From: Patescibacteria group bacterium
Lineage (GTDB): Bacteria; Patescibacteriota; Patescibacteriia; 2-02-FULL-49-11
Assembly (NCBI GenBank): GCA_041645165.1
Contig: JBAZQN010000001.1
Span: 117,971-181,970, forward strand
DNA length: 64,000 nucleotides
Direction of reading: 5' to 3'
In this document: positions 8,019 to 17,966 of the stretch, in pieces
Layout: the number at the start of each line of letters is the position of its first letter
Position numbering within the stretch: position 1 is the first letter of the stretch
The notes under the pieces: model-generated
The model's database searches: none
What the model saw: the letters and a program-made list of their open reading frames with translations, nothing else
What the model was told of the DNA's origin: nothing
Made by a program: the position numbers and the translations under genes

Positions 8019-9191
8019 ATGCCCCGTCTCCACATCCTCGTCTTTAGCCTTGCGTACCGCCCTTATGTGGGAGGCGCGGAGATTGCGCTTGAGGAGATTA
8101 TGCGGCGGTTGCCGCAATATTTTTTTACCGTTGTAACGGCGCGTGCTATGAAGAATTTTGATTATGTAAAATTACCGGATATCGAGGAGAAGGACAATGT
8201 GCGCGTGGTGAGAGTGGGCTCCCGCAACCGTTACCTGGGCCAATACGCATACCCGTTGGCGGCCCTGAAGCACGCTTACAGAGAAGCGCGGTTTTCCAAG
8301 CCTGCCTGCGTGTGGGGCATGCTGGAATCGTATGGCGGCATAGCCGCGGCTCTTTATCATCAGCGATTCCCTAATATGCCATATATCCTCACTATGCAAA
8401 GCGGGGATTCAGAATCATTTTGGGGCTGGCGCACCTGGTTTTGGCAGCCGTTGTATAAGAAAGTGTTCTCACAGGCAAACGCGATTCAGGCGATATCAAA
8501 ATACTTGGCAGAGCGCGCGAAGAAATATGGCGCGCGCGGAGAGATCAGAATTATCCCCAATGGAGTCGATAGTGTTTTTTTTGAACGAATCAGTGATGAG
8601 GAACGAAGGAGGCTGCGGCAGGAATTAGGATTAAGTGATGATGAGACAGTCGTCATCACCGCATCGCGTTTAGTGAGTAAAAACGGCATTGATACATTGA
8701 TAAAAGGCTTTTCGGTATGGCGGCAACGAGGAGGAAACGGCGTATTGCTTATTTTAGGTAAAGGGCCTCAGGAAACGGAATTGAGAAAGTTATCGTATAA
8801 ACTTGGCATAAATACTCAAGTGAAATTTTTAGGTGAAATTCCGTATCAAGAATTGCCAAAATATTACGGCGCCGCTGATATTTTTATCCGCCCGTCACGG
8901 TCTGAAGGTTTGGGAAATGCGTTTCTTGAGGCAATGGCATCAGGCATCCCGGTGATCGGCACGCCGGTAGGTGGCATCCCCGATTTTTTGACGCATGAAC
9001 GCACAGGCTTAATGGTGCCGCCTGACGATCCAGAAGCACTAAAAGATTCTATTGCACGATTATGCAGCAATCCTGAATTGAAACAGAAATTAATTCAGGA
9101 AGCCCGGAAGCTCGCACTAGAAAAATATTCATGGGATGTCGTGGCTCATGCGATGAATAATTTATTCCAAAATTATGTTAAAATTTCTTGA
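8019..9191 (+). CDS. Glycosyltransferase family 4
   Basis: GGAE, IIPNGVD, SEGLGNAFLEAMASGIPV. Confidence 0.92.
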   Translation: MPRLHILVFSLAYRPYVGGAEIALEEIMRRLPQYFFTVVTARAMKNFDYVKLPDIEEKDNVRVVRVGSRNRYLGQYAYPLAALKHAYREARFSKPACVWGMLESYGGIAAALYHQRFPNMPYILTMQSGDSESFWGWRTWFWQPLYKKVFSQANAIQAISKYLAERAKKYGARGEIRIIPNGVDSVFFERISDEERRRLRQELGLSDDETVVITASRLVSKNGIDTLIKGFSVWRQRGGNGVLLILGKGPQETELRKLSYKLGINTQVKFLGEIPYQELPKYYGAADIFIRPSRSEGLGNAFLEAMASGIPVIGTPVGGIPDFLTHERTGLMVPPDDPEALKDSIARLCSNPELKQKLIQEARKLALEKYSWDVVAHAMNNLFQNYVKIS

Positions 9192-9642
9192 TAAAATGCT
9201 CACCTACGCGGCGTCGCTGGGCGGCCGTGCGCACCTGGAATTGGAACTTTTTTTGCGTTATGCAATCGCAGGAGGGATGGCGGCAGTGGCAGACCTTATA
9301 ATTGTGTGGTCTTTAGTGGAATATGCTCATCTCCATCCATTTCTCGCGGGCGCGGTTTCGATTTTTTTTGGCATATCTATTAATTTCTCTATAAGCCGTT
9401 ATTGGTCTTTCAAAAGCAAAGGCCCATTGGTAAAAGAATTTTTAACTTTCTTGACCGTAGCAGCCATCGGCACTGCCATCAACTATGGAACGTTCGTGGC
9501 ATGCATTGGTTTGATTCATCTTTGGTATATGGCAGCAAAGGTTATTGCTATTGTCATCGCGTGGGCATGGAATTATACTTTAAACCGCCGCGTCACCTTT
9601 AAGCATTTTACCTTTACGACGCACCGGACTCTGGAGAGATGA
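9175..9642 (+). CDS. GtrA-family membrane protein
   Basis: FLRYAIAGG, NFSISRYWSF, WNYTLNRRVTF; 4 TM. Confidence 0.85.
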   Translation: MLKFLDKMLTYAASLGGRAHLELELFLRYAIAGGMAAVADLIIVWSLVEYAHLHPFLAGAVSIFFGISINFSISRYWSFKSKGPLVKEFLTFLTVAAIGTAINYGTFVACIGLIHLWYMAAKVIAIVIAWAWNYTLNRRVTFKHFTFTTHRTLER

Positions 9643-9705
9643 TTGGAAACATTACTTACGTATTATGGTGGCCATGGCTAGAAAATTAAGTATGGTGGCA
9701 TTATG

Positions 9706-9806
9706 CCCGCCCAAATTTTGCCAGCAATAATGAGTTTGTTGTATCTTAAGACTCAAGGTTATTATCCCAGTGTAACGCACATGAAAGGATGCAAAATTTA
9801 GGCGGG
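9706..9806. mobile_element. MITE-like element (101 bp) with TATG target duplication at a start codon
   Basis: TATG-CCCGCCCAAATTTTGC ... GCAAAATTTAGGCGGG-TATG; the second TATG supplies ATG 9808. Confidence 0.75.
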
Positions 9807-9807
9807 T

Positions 9808-10944
9808 ATGAATGAAAGAAAAAAAATAATTTTCGCATGTGAAATATACCCGCCAGATATCGGCGGGCCGGCGACGTATGCGCGTGAATTGCGGGAGCAG
9901 TTATTGTTGCATGGTTATACTGTTACATTGCTCACGTTTGGTGATAAGGAAGAAATTAAAAATGAAGAAACAATCGTGATTGATCGGAAGAAAAATGTCT
10001 TTGGCCGTTCTCTTAACTATTTTTATACTCTTTTGCGGTTATCAAAAACAGGTGGTGTGATATATGCGATGGGACCGGTCGCAAGCGGCCTTCCGGCGGT
10101 GGCTGTCGGTTGGTTGAGAAAATGTCGGGTCATTATACGCGTTCCCGGCGACAGGGCATGGGAAACACATTGTCAGCGTGTGCAGCAACCGGAATCATTT
10201 GAAGAATTCCAGCACAAGACCCACAAAGGTTGGGTGGGTATTTTAACGCGTATAGAACGGTTGGTGGTGAAAAGAGCCGATCATATCGTTGTCCCAAGCA
10301 ATTTCTTAAAAAATGTGGTGATAGGTTGGGGTGCAAACGAAAACCATGTAACAGTGATATCCAATGCGATCAAGGCTCCCATTTCAGAATTGCCGCACCA
10401 GGAGAATTTATTGTCCATCCTCGCCATCGGGCGCCTTGTGCCATGGAAAGGGTTTTCTGATCTTATACATGCGTTTCAGACTGTGTTGAAATCGTATCCT
10501 CATGCCACGCTTACCATCGTTGGAGACGGCCCTGAGCGAAGATATTTAGAAAATCTAGCGCGACAATCAAACGTGGCCGTACAGACGCATTTTACGGGAT
10601 CAGTGCCGCGTGAGAACCTCGCGCGTTATTGGCAACAAGCGTCTGTGTTCGCGCTTCCCTCGGGGTATGAAGGATTCCCCCATTTAGTGCTGGAAGCGTG
10701 GGCAGCGGGCATTCCTGTGCTCGTAAGCGATATACCTGGAAATACCGGCATTGTGCGAAACGGTGAAAACGGCCTTGTCGTGCCCTATAAGGATAACGCC
10801 GCGTTATCAAACGGCATACTTGCGCTTGCGCTTGATGCCGACTTGAGGCAGCGCATGCGCGCAAATGGCGCGCAGTCTCTTGCCCAGTATCGCTGGGAAT
10901 GCATAATTGGTAAAACAATTGCGCTCCTCAAAATTTCATGGTAA
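9808..10944 (+). CDS. Glycosyltransferase family 4
   Basis: YPPDIGGPATY, GRLVPWKG, YEGFPHLVLEAWAAG. Confidence 0.92.
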   Translation: MNERKKIIFACEIYPPDIGGPATYARELREQLLLHGYTVTLLTFGDKEEIKNEETIVIDRKKNVFGRSLNYFYTLLRLSKTGGVIYAMGPVASGLPAVAVGWLRKCRVIIRVPGDRAWETHCQRVQQPESFEEFQHKTHKGWVGILTRIERLVVKRADHIVVPSNFLKNVVIGWGANENHVTVISNAIKAPISELPHQENLLSILAIGRLVPWKGFSDLIHAFQTVLKSYPHATLTIVGDGPERRYLENLARQSNVAVQTHFTGSVPRENLARYWQQASVFALPSGYEGFPHLVLEAWAAGIPVLVSDIPGNTGIVRNGENGLVVPYKDNAALSNGILALALDADLRQRMRANGAQSLAQYRWECIIGKTIALLKISW

Positions 10945-11013
10945 TGCTATACTGAATTAAAGAATAATTTATCGTATCGGAATTTCAATCCTCCGTCCAA
11001 GGTAAAGCATAGA

Positions 11014-11068
11014 GTAGCGTGGCAGTTTATCTGCCATCCACCATGTCGCAGACAAGCTGCGACGCTAC
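11014..11068. repeat. GTAG-type REP-like doublet
   Basis: GTAGCGTGGCAGTTTATCTGCCA...GTCGCAGACAAGCTGCGACGCTAC; relatives at 48705-48781 and 54342-54384. Confidence 0.6.
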
Positions 11069-11093
11069 AGAGAACTAATTAGTAGCAATATAC

Positions 11094-11876
11094 TTGACTG
11101 CTATGCACACAAGGACAAAGCGTCCATCCATGAAATTTGATTTCGTGACCATTGCTTCCCACCAATTGAGGACGCCGCTTTCTGCCATGAAGTGGTTTCT
11201 CGAGATGCTTATCGCGGGCAACGCAGGGAAACTCACCAGTCGGCAGCGAGAATTTTTAAGCGAAATTTACAAGTCAAATGAAAGGATGATCCGCCTTGTG
11301 AACGACCTGCTCATTGTTTCCAAAATTACCCAAAAAACTTTTCGTCTGTCATCGCATCCTTTTATCTTTGAACAGATGGTGGCATCGGTGATAAAAGAGG
11401 TGAAGCCAATTATCCAGTCGGCGCAAATTACCGTAGTTTCAAAATTTGACACGTCGCAGCGCACGTGTGTGAATGCGGATGAGGACAAGATTCGCCAGGT
11501 GATACGGACCCTCTTCGATAATGCAGTGCGCTACATGGTAGACGGGGGATTGATCATTGTTCGGGTAGACTACAAGAATCACCACATCGCATTCGAAATC
11601 CAGGATACTGGCGTAGGCATCCCGAGCGATGAGCGCACAAAAATATTCCAGCAATTTTTCAGGGGGAGCAACATCGTACGCATGCGCACAGAAGGCACGG
11701 GCTTAGGGCTTTTTATTGCTCACGCGATTGTGGCCGCATCCGGCGGATCGATCAGCTTCACTTCGCAGGAAGGCAAAGGTTCTACGTTCCGCGTGGCCTT
11801 GCCAATATCTAAAAAAAATCAACCCGCATTATGTGAGCCGCATCTTAAGAAGAAGCGAAGACGCGCTCATAATTAA
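11094..11876 (+). CDS. Histidine kinase (HisKA + HATPase only; start probably 11103 or 11130)
   Basis: ASHQLRTPL, FDNAVRY, QDTGVGI, GTGLGL. Confidence 0.9.
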   Translation: MTAMHTRTKRPSMKFDFVTIASHQLRTPLSAMKWFLEMLIAGNAGKLTSRQREFLSEIYKSNERMIRLVNDLLIVSKITQKTFRLSSHPFIFEQMVASVIKEVKPIIQSAQITVVSKFDTSQRTCVNADEDKIRQVIRTLFDNAVRYMVDGGLIIVRVDYKNHHIAFEIQDTGVGIPSDERTKIFQQFFRGSNIVRMRTEGTGLGLFIAHAIVAASGGSISFTSQEGKGSTFRVALPISKKNQPALCEPHLKKKRRRAHN

Positions 11877-11887
11877 ACCTATCACAT

Positions 11888-12298
11888 ATGAATGTCCTAA
11901 TTATCGAAGACGAAAAGATGTTATTAATGGCATTGGAAGAAGAGTTTAAAAGGAAAAAATGTTCAGTGTTCACGGCAGAGGACGGTGATCAAGGATGGCA
12001 GATTCTCTCAAAACACCCGGCTCTTGATATGATTGTATTGGATCTTGTGCTTCCAAAAATAGACGGATTTGAACTGTTAAAAAATATCAAGGCGGATGAT
12101 AAGCTGAAAACGACACCCTTGGTCGTCCTTACAAATCTTTCCGATGAAAATACTATAGCCGCTATTGTAGCATCAGGGGGGACCGATTATCTTGTGAAAG
12201 CGGATTACACGCTTCAGGAAGTCGTGGGAAAAATAATCGAGATAGCAAAGAGGCCTGCATTTGAAAAATATAGAAAACTACAAAGTCCAATTACGTGA
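11888..12298 (+). CDS. Single-domain response regulator
   Basis: VLIIEDE, LDLVLPKIDGFELL, DYLVK. Confidence 0.9.
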   Translation: MNVLIIEDEKMLLMALEEEFKRKKCSVFTAEDGDQGWQILSKHPALDMIVLDLVLPKIDGFELLKNIKADDKLKTTPLVVLTNLSDENTIAAIVASGGTDYLVKADYTLQEVVGKIIEIAKRPAFEKYRKLQSPIT

Positions 12299-13446
12299 AA
12301 ACAGATATGGCTACTCAACAGAATGTGTTCATGGTCTCGTTTGACCGGAGTTTGGTGGGCGAGGGGGGGACAGACGCGGTTGAGCGGCATAAAAAATATG
12401 CGGCGCTGCTGCAGGGGTCGCTCTCGGTGGTAGTGGTAACGCCGTCCGGGTACCAGCATTTAAAAGTAGATGAGAGGCTTGAGACATATCCGACCAATGC
12501 GAAGGGGCTCGCAGGACATGCGCGTTCTATTTTTTATTATTATCGAATAATCCGGCGCGCCCAACGCATCAATTTGATTATTGCGCAGGACCTCGCCGCA
12601 CCAGTCCTTCTTCTATTGAAATGGTATTCGCGGTTGCCGCTACTCGTCACCGTGCATGGTATTTGGTGGGATGATTGGTTTTCTGAGAAGAAGTGGTGGT
12701 ATCGGTGGTATCTTCCGCTCATTACCTACTCATTTAAAAAAGCAGATGCAGTCAGGGTTGTTTCGCATTATTTACGAAATGAGCTCATCGCGCGAGGGGT
12801 TCGCGCGAATCGGATACATGTGATACCTGTTCCTGTGAATCTTGAATTATTTTCACAATGCGATCCTAAAGCCTTAGAAGACGTACAGCGGAAAATACCA
12901 TCTCCGTTTGTGCTGTCCGTCGGAAGGCTTGAGCGAGAGAAGGGATTTGACCAACTGCTTCTCGCGTGGGAACTTCTGCAGAAAGAGCAAATAACTGCTC
13001 ATCTGGCAATTATCGGTGAGGGGAGCGAGAGAGCAGGATTAGAAGCATGGGTGAGGGAGCATAAACTCGAATCATCAGTAACCTTTGTAGGGCGCGTTGC
13101 CACAGAGCAACTTCCCCCGTATTATCATGCAGCGCGGTGCGTGGCGCTGGCGTCCCGCAGCGAAAGCTTTGGAAAAGTCCTTGTGGAAGCAGGTGTCGCA
13201 GGGAAGGCGGCAGTCGCGACAGACACCCACGGGGCATCAGAGATTATAAAGACTGGTATCACAGGATATCTCGTACCCCAAGGTGATATGCACGCATTTG
13301 CGCAAAAAATGGCAGATTTGCTCCAGAATCCTGTGCTTGCCGAGGAATTGGGAAAAGAGGCGTTTGCACATGTAATGAATGCATTTGACGGTGAGAAAAA
13401 TACTGAAAAGATCGTGCGGTTATGGAAGCATATCGCGATACATTAG
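12295..13446 (+). CDS. Glycosyltransferase family 4
   Basis: VGRLEREKG, SESFGKVLVEAG. Confidence 0.9.
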   Translation: MKTDMATQQNVFMVSFDRSLVGEGGTDAVERHKKYAALLQGSLSVVVVTPSGYQHLKVDERLETYPTNAKGLAGHARSIFYYYRIIRRAQRINLIIAQDLAAPVLLLLKWYSRLPLLVTVHGIWWDDWFSEKKWWYRWYLPLITYSFKKADAVRVVSHYLRNELIARGVRANRIHVIPVPVNLELFSQCDPKALEDVQRKIPSPFVLSVGRLEREKGFDQLLLAWELLQKEQITAHLAIIGEGSERAGLEAWVREHKLESSVTFVGRVATEQLPPYYHAARCVALASRSESFGKVLVEAGVAGKAAVATDTHGASEIIKTGITGYLVPQGDMHAFAQKMADLLQNPVLAEELGKEAFAHVMNAFDGEKNTEKIVRLWKHIAIH

Positions 13447-13470
13447 TTTTGAGTTTTGAGATACCATCGT

Positions 13471-14583
13471 ATGAACCTCTTATTTATCACGCGGCGCGTG
13501 GACCGCAATCATCCGCTTGCGGGTTTTACCTGGAAATGGATAAAGGAATTCAGTGTTCAGTTGTCAGTTGTCAGTGGTCAGTTGGCGGTGATTACCTTAG
13601 AGCCGAGTGCCGATGAGGGCTTGGCGGATAACGTGATGATACGATCAGTGCGCAAGGCGGAGAAGAACCGCGTACAAGATTTTTTTGTATTTTGTAAATT
13701 ACTTTTATCACTTATTCCCAAGTGCGATGCGATTTTTATTCACCAGCACCCCGTATATGCCATCATCGCAGCGCCTTTCGCAAAGCTATTTAATAAAAAA
13801 ATCTATCTTTGGTACATGCATAAGCATGTAGATATTAAATTAAGGCTCGCGACTGCGCTGTGCAACGGCATTTTTACTGCGTCAAAGGAAAGTTTTAGAT
13901 TAAAAACCAAGAGGCCCATTTCTATTGTTGGCCACGGCATTGACACGAACATTTTCAAGCCTTCAGATACCCATACTTCAAGCAATGTATTCACCATCCT
14001 CAGTGCGGGCAGGCTTTCCCCCGTGAAAGGATATGCGGTGCTTATAGATGCGGCTCTATTAGCACTACCACGATTTAACAATTTAAAAATGCGTATCGTA
14101 GGCGGGCCGGGTTTGAAAGAACATGCGTGGTATGAGAATGAATTGAAAACATTAGTTCATGAAAAAGGATTGGATCAAGTGATACAATTTACCGGCCCTG
14201 TGCCTCATAATGACATTGTGGCCGAGTACAGGAATGCACATGTGTTTATAAATTTGTCAGGCACTGGCTCGCTCGATAAAGCCGTGCTGGAAGCAATGGC
14301 GTGCGGTGTGCCGGTTATTACTTCCAATGAAGCGTTTCAGGGGATATTAGCGCAGATTGACCCTCATTTATATGTATCTTGTAATCCGCGCGCGGTAGCA
14401 GAGGCGATTGAAAGATTAATCACAATGCCACTGGAGGCGCGCAGGCAATTAGGGGGAGCATTGCGCGCCGTGGTTGTGCGCGATCATGATTTGAAGCAGC
14501 TTGTCGCAAGGATCTTATCAAAAATATGCCCAGTCATACAACATCCAAGAGGGAGGCAGATACTTTATACAGAGAATGGATAA
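13471..14583 (+). CDS. Glycosyltransferase family 4 (last ~19 aa derive from an inserted element)
   Basis: GHGIDT, GRLSPVKG, GSLDKAVLEAMACG. Confidence 0.88.
   Translation: MNLLFITRRVDRNHPLAGFTWKWIKEFSVQLSVVSGQLAVITLEPSADEGLADNVMIRSVRKAEKNRVQDFFVFCKLLLSLIPKCDAIFIHQHPVYAIIAAPFAKLFNKKIYLWYMHKHVDIKLRLATALCNGIFTASKESFRLKTKRPISIVGHGIDTNIFKPSDTHTSSNVFTILSAGRLSPVKGYAVLIDAALLALPRFNNLKMRIVGGPGLKEHAWYENELKTLVHEKGLDQVIQFTGPVPHNDIVAEYRNAHVFINLSGTGSLDKAVLEAMACGVPVITSNEAFQGILAQIDPHLYVSCNPRAVAEAIERLITMPLEARRQLGGALRAVVVRDHDLKQLVARILSKICPVIQHPRGRQILYTENG
13550..13584 (+). repeat. 7-bp tandem repeat x5 within CDS
   Basis: TCAGTGT TCAGTTG TCAGTTG TCAGTGG TCAGTTG. Confidence 0.8.
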
Positions 14584-14749
14584 GATATGAGGGGATCTAC
14601 CTGAGTGTAGTAAAGGCGTATTCAGAGCCTCCCTCATCAATCGCCAAACGTTTTTTAAACATTAATATGTATCACAGCACCAAGGTCGTATCTATTCTAG
14701 GATTTATCTAATACCAGCCACGTTTGGCGTTGGATGTTGATATACTGGG
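14529..14749 (+). mobile_element. 221-bp structured MITE-like element, TATG target duplication (copy 1)
   Basis: TATG-CCCAGTCATACAACATCCAA ... TTGGATGTTGATATACTGGG-TATG; internal stems GAGGGAGGC/GCCTCCCTC and CGCCAAACG/CGTTTGGCG; second copy at 46424-46648. Confidence 0.85.
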
Positions 14750-14750
14750 T

Positions 14751-15602
14751 ATGAGTATATTATTGCTGGGCGCACAAGGGCAATTAGGCGAAGCCTTGGG
14801 AGACGTGTTGCCAAAAGAAACATTGAAATGGGGAAGGGGCGAATTGGATCTTACACAAATTGATTCGATTGCCCCAAAGATATCTGAAGCACATCCTAAT
14901 GTAGTAATTAATGCGGCAGCAATGACTGATGTGGATGGATGTGAAATAAATAGAGCATTAGCCGTAAAAATAAATGAAGATGCGCCTTGCCTGCTCGCAA
15001 AAGTTTGTAAGAGTTTAAACAGTCTCTTAGTACAGGTGAGCACTGATTATGTCTTTGGATATGATGAAACAAGGAAAAAACCCTACAATGAATCAGATAC
15101 GCCGCATGCAATAAATTATTATGGCATTACTAAGCTTGAAGGAGAGCGAAAGATTATAGAGAGCGGCTGCGAATATTTAATCTTACGAACCTCAGGATTA
15201 TACGGCAAGAAGAGTATGGGCTCGAATTACTCGAATTACGTTGAAAAAGTGCTCACGCGCGCGAGATCACAGGAAGAGATACGCGCAACCACAGATCAAA
15301 TTTATTCCCCTACCTATGCCCAAGAGTTTACACAGGCACTTATATCTCTTATTGAACAGAATCAGCGCGGACTTCTGCATTTGGTAAATGTGGGCGAGGT
15401 CAGTCGTTATGAGTTTACTCAAGCAATTATTGAGCTTGCGGGATTGCCGGTACGGGTGGTGCCAGCTTTGAGGAAAGATTTTTCTCTACTTGCGCAGCGA
15501 CCTTCATATTCAGCGCTTACCAGCGAACGCATTGAACTTTTTTCATTGATGAGCGATTGGAAAACTGCGCTTCAGAATTATATTAAAGAACGCGTCTTAT
15601 GA
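14751..15602 (+). CDS. rfbD: dTDP-4-dehydrorhamnose reductase
   Basis: GAQGQLG, NAAAMTDVDGCE, STDYVF, YGITK; start at ATG 14751. Confidence 0.92.
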   Translation: MSILLLGAQGQLGEALGDVLPKETLKWGRGELDLTQIDSIAPKISEAHPNVVINAAAMTDVDGCEINRALAVKINEDAPCLLAKVCKSLNSLLVQVSTDYVFGYDETRKKPYNESDTPHAINYYGITKLEGERKIIESGCEYLILRTSGLYGKKSMGSNYSNYVEKVLTRARSQEEIRATTDQIYSPTYAQEFTQALISLIEQNQRGLLHLVNVGEVSRYEFTQAIIELAGLPVRVVPALRKDFSLLAQRPSYSALTSERIELFSLMSDWKTALQNYIKERVL

Positions 15603-16885
15603 AACTTTTAATTGTCGCATATAAATTTGGCACAGAACAGGAGATAGGCGAGCATCTTGGCACGTATCATTATTTTATCGAAAAAATGCGTCGTGTGGCG
15701 CTGAAAGGCCATGAGGTGCATGTCGTATGCCCGTGGCTCACCATGACACGAAGGGGAAGCGTGAAAGTTGATGGCATTATACTACATCGCACTTGGCCTC
15801 CGATGCTCAATAAAGCGTGGGCGTGGCCGTTGAATCGTCTCATGCGGCGATGGTATATGCACCGAACGCAGCGTAAGGTACTGCATCTTGTGAAGAAATT
15901 GAAGTGCGATCTCGTCTATGTTTGGCAGGCGCGCGAAACTGGCTACGCGCTTTGCCAAATAAAGGAACAATTGGGTATTCCCCTCATATTCCGCCAGATC
16001 ACCGCGTGGCGGTGGCATTTTGAACGCACGATTGCGGATATTTTTAAATCTCATCGGTGGTATAAGGTTTTACAAAAGGCCAAGCTCCAACATTTGATTG
16101 ATCCAGTTATACGTTATCTCCTTGACCTTGGAATTCAGGTCCATTACGCGCGCACGATATATCAGAAGGCTGATAAGATTGTATTTTTAAGCAATGCCGC
16201 AGTGGATGAAGCGGTGTCATTGGGATTAGACCGCGCGAAAGCGGATACCATTGGCGTGGCAATAGAAGAGGAGGCCTTCAAGCCGTTAGGGATTGAGAAA
16301 AAGGCATTGCGTGAAAAATTAGGATTGAACGGTCATAATATTATTAGTTTCATCGGTCGGTTGAATTTTGCGGAAAAAGGGATTGGGTGGCTGCTCTCTG
16401 CCCTTCCTGCGGTAGTGCAGTCAGTGCCTGGCGCTACACTTGTTATTATTGGTGGAGGAGGGGAGATGGAACGCATCAAGCGTGTGTGCAGAGAACTTCA
16501 CATCGAACCATATGTCCAATTGGTAGGCAAAAAGCCATTGAATGAACTTGTTGCCTATTTAAACGCGTCTGATGTATTTGTGGTACCATCCCTTTGGATG
16601 GAAGCGTTTGGTCAAGTGACGATAGAGGCCATGTCCTGTGGCGTGCCCGTGGTGACGAGCGATGCAGGAGCAAGCCCGGAAATAAACAAGGATAACGTGA
16701 GCGGTATGGTGGTGCCCGTAAATGATGCGAATGCGCTTTCCAATGCCATCATCACAATACTGAAAGATGAAACCTTAAAGCAGCGTATGGGCCAAGCGGC
16801 TCGCGCGCGCGTCATTGAACTCTATACGTATGAGGTAATGGTGAATAGATTTCTAAATATCATGCAATCTTTATTACCGCGTTAA
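15599..16885 (+). CDS. Glycosyltransferase family 4
   Basis: FIGRLNFAEKG, EAFGQVTIEAMSCG. Confidence 0.9.
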   Translation: MKLLIVAYKFGTEQEIGEHLGTYHYFIEKMRRVALKGHEVHVVCPWLTMTRRGSVKVDGIILHRTWPPMLNKAWAWPLNRLMRRWYMHRTQRKVLHLVKKLKCDLVYVWQARETGYALCQIKEQLGIPLIFRQITAWRWHFERTIADIFKSHRWYKVLQKAKLQHLIDPVIRYLLDLGIQVHYARTIYQKADKIVFLSNAAVDEAVSLGLDRAKADTIGVAIEEEAFKPLGIEKKALREKLGLNGHNIISFIGRLNFAEKGIGWLLSALPAVVQSVPGATLVIIGGGGEMERIKRVCRELHIEPYVQLVGKKPLNELVAYLNASDVFVVPSLWMEAFGQVTIEAMSCGVPVVTSDAGASPEINKDNVSGMVVPVNDANALSNAIITILKDETLKQRMGQAARARVIELYTYEVMVNRFLNIMQSLLPR

Positions 16886-16895
16886 TAGCATCAAA

Positions 16896-17948
16896 ATGAA
16901 AATCCTTGTTACTGGCATCACAGGTTTTGTAGGCGGACATTTCACGGAATATATCGCTTCTGCTCATCCTGACGTCGAACTCCACGGAACTTCGCTTACT
17001 CCCGCATTGCCGCAGTATTTGGAGCCTATTAAAGGGCACTTAACACTTCATGAGTGCAATATAGACAATAAAGGACGCATACAAGAGCTTATAGATCACA
17101 TCCGGCCTGATGCTCTTATACATCTCGCTGCGCAAAGCTATGTAAGCACCTCGTGGGAAAATCCGGAAACGACCCTGCATACCAACATCATTGGCCAGAG
17201 CAATCTGCTGGAAGCGGTAAGAGCCGTACAGGGTGGTTCCTACAACCCCATTATTCTCATCGCGTGTTCCTCTGAAGAATATGGGCAGCAAGGCCCGCAA
17301 GAAGGCTTTACCCCGTTACCAATAACGGTACAGCATAAAGTAACGGGAACAGAACGCTATGACGGAAATAAGTACCTGGTAACGGGGTTTACTGAAGAGA
17401 GCTCCCTGCAGCCGCTCTCGCCCTATGCGCTTTCAAAAATCGCGCAGGATTACATGGGCTATCAGTATTGGAGGGCGTATGGTATGAAGGTCATCCGCCT
17501 ACGCGCGTTCAACCATACCGGCCCGCGTCGCGATCCCGTATTCGGCGTATCGGGTTTTTGCAAGAAGGTTGCGGAGATTGAAAAAGGATTGCGCCCCCCG
17601 CAGCTGGAAGTGAGGGATTTGACTGCAGTGCGCGATTTTACTGACGTGCGGGATGTGGTGCAGGCTTATTGGTTGGCGGTAGAGAAGTGCAAACCGGGGG
17701 AAGTTTACAATGTATGTTCGGGCAGGGGGTATCGTTTTCAAGATATTATTTCCGCGATCACTAAGCTCTCTCGAGTGCAGCCGATCGCGTTGGTTCCTGA
17801 TCCCAAAGGGTTGAGGCCCACTGATGGAGGCATTATTATAGGCAATAACAGGAAATTCTGCACCACAACCGGCTGGCAGCCGAAATTTAATTTCCTTAAA
17901 CATACGATTCCTGATATATTGGAATACTGGAGAAATAATATTTCTTAG
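16896..17948 (+). CDS. GDP-mannose 4,6-dehydratase / GDP-4-keto-6-deoxymannose reductase family SDR, with 27-aa in-frame insertion
   Basis: TGITGFVG, HLAAQS, SSEEYG, PYALSK, FNHTGPRR, RDFTDVRD. Confidence 0.88.
   Translation: MKILVTGITGFVGGHFTEYIASAHPDVELHGTSLTPALPQYLEPIKGHLTLHECNIDNKGRIQELIDHIRPDALIHLAAQSYVSTSWENPETTLHTNIIGQSNLLEAVRAVQGGSYNPIILIACSSEEYGQQGPQEGFTPLPITVQHKVTGTERYDGNKYLVTGFTEESSLQPLSPYALSKIAQDYMGYQYWRAYGMKVIRLRAFNHTGPRRDPVFGVSGFCKKVAEIEKGLRPPQLEVRDLTAVRDFTDVRDVVQAYWLAVEKCKPGEVYNVCSGRGYRFQDIISAITKLSRVQPIALVPDPKGLRPTDGGIIIGNNRKFCTTTGWQPKFNFLKHTIPDILEYWRNNIS
17311..17387. mobile_element. 77-bp MITE-like element inserted in frame, TTTA duplication
   Basis: TTTA-CCCCGTTACCA ... 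TGGTAACGGGG-TTTA; 77+4=81 bp. Confidence 0.8.
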
Positions 17949-17966
17949 ATTTTAATAGCACAAACT

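Noticed and set aside
14724-14750. Shared N-terminus MALDVDILGM in ORFs 14724 and 46449
   Set aside because: ORF-caller artefact from a TTG in the repeated element's terminal arm; true starts are 14751 and 46422.
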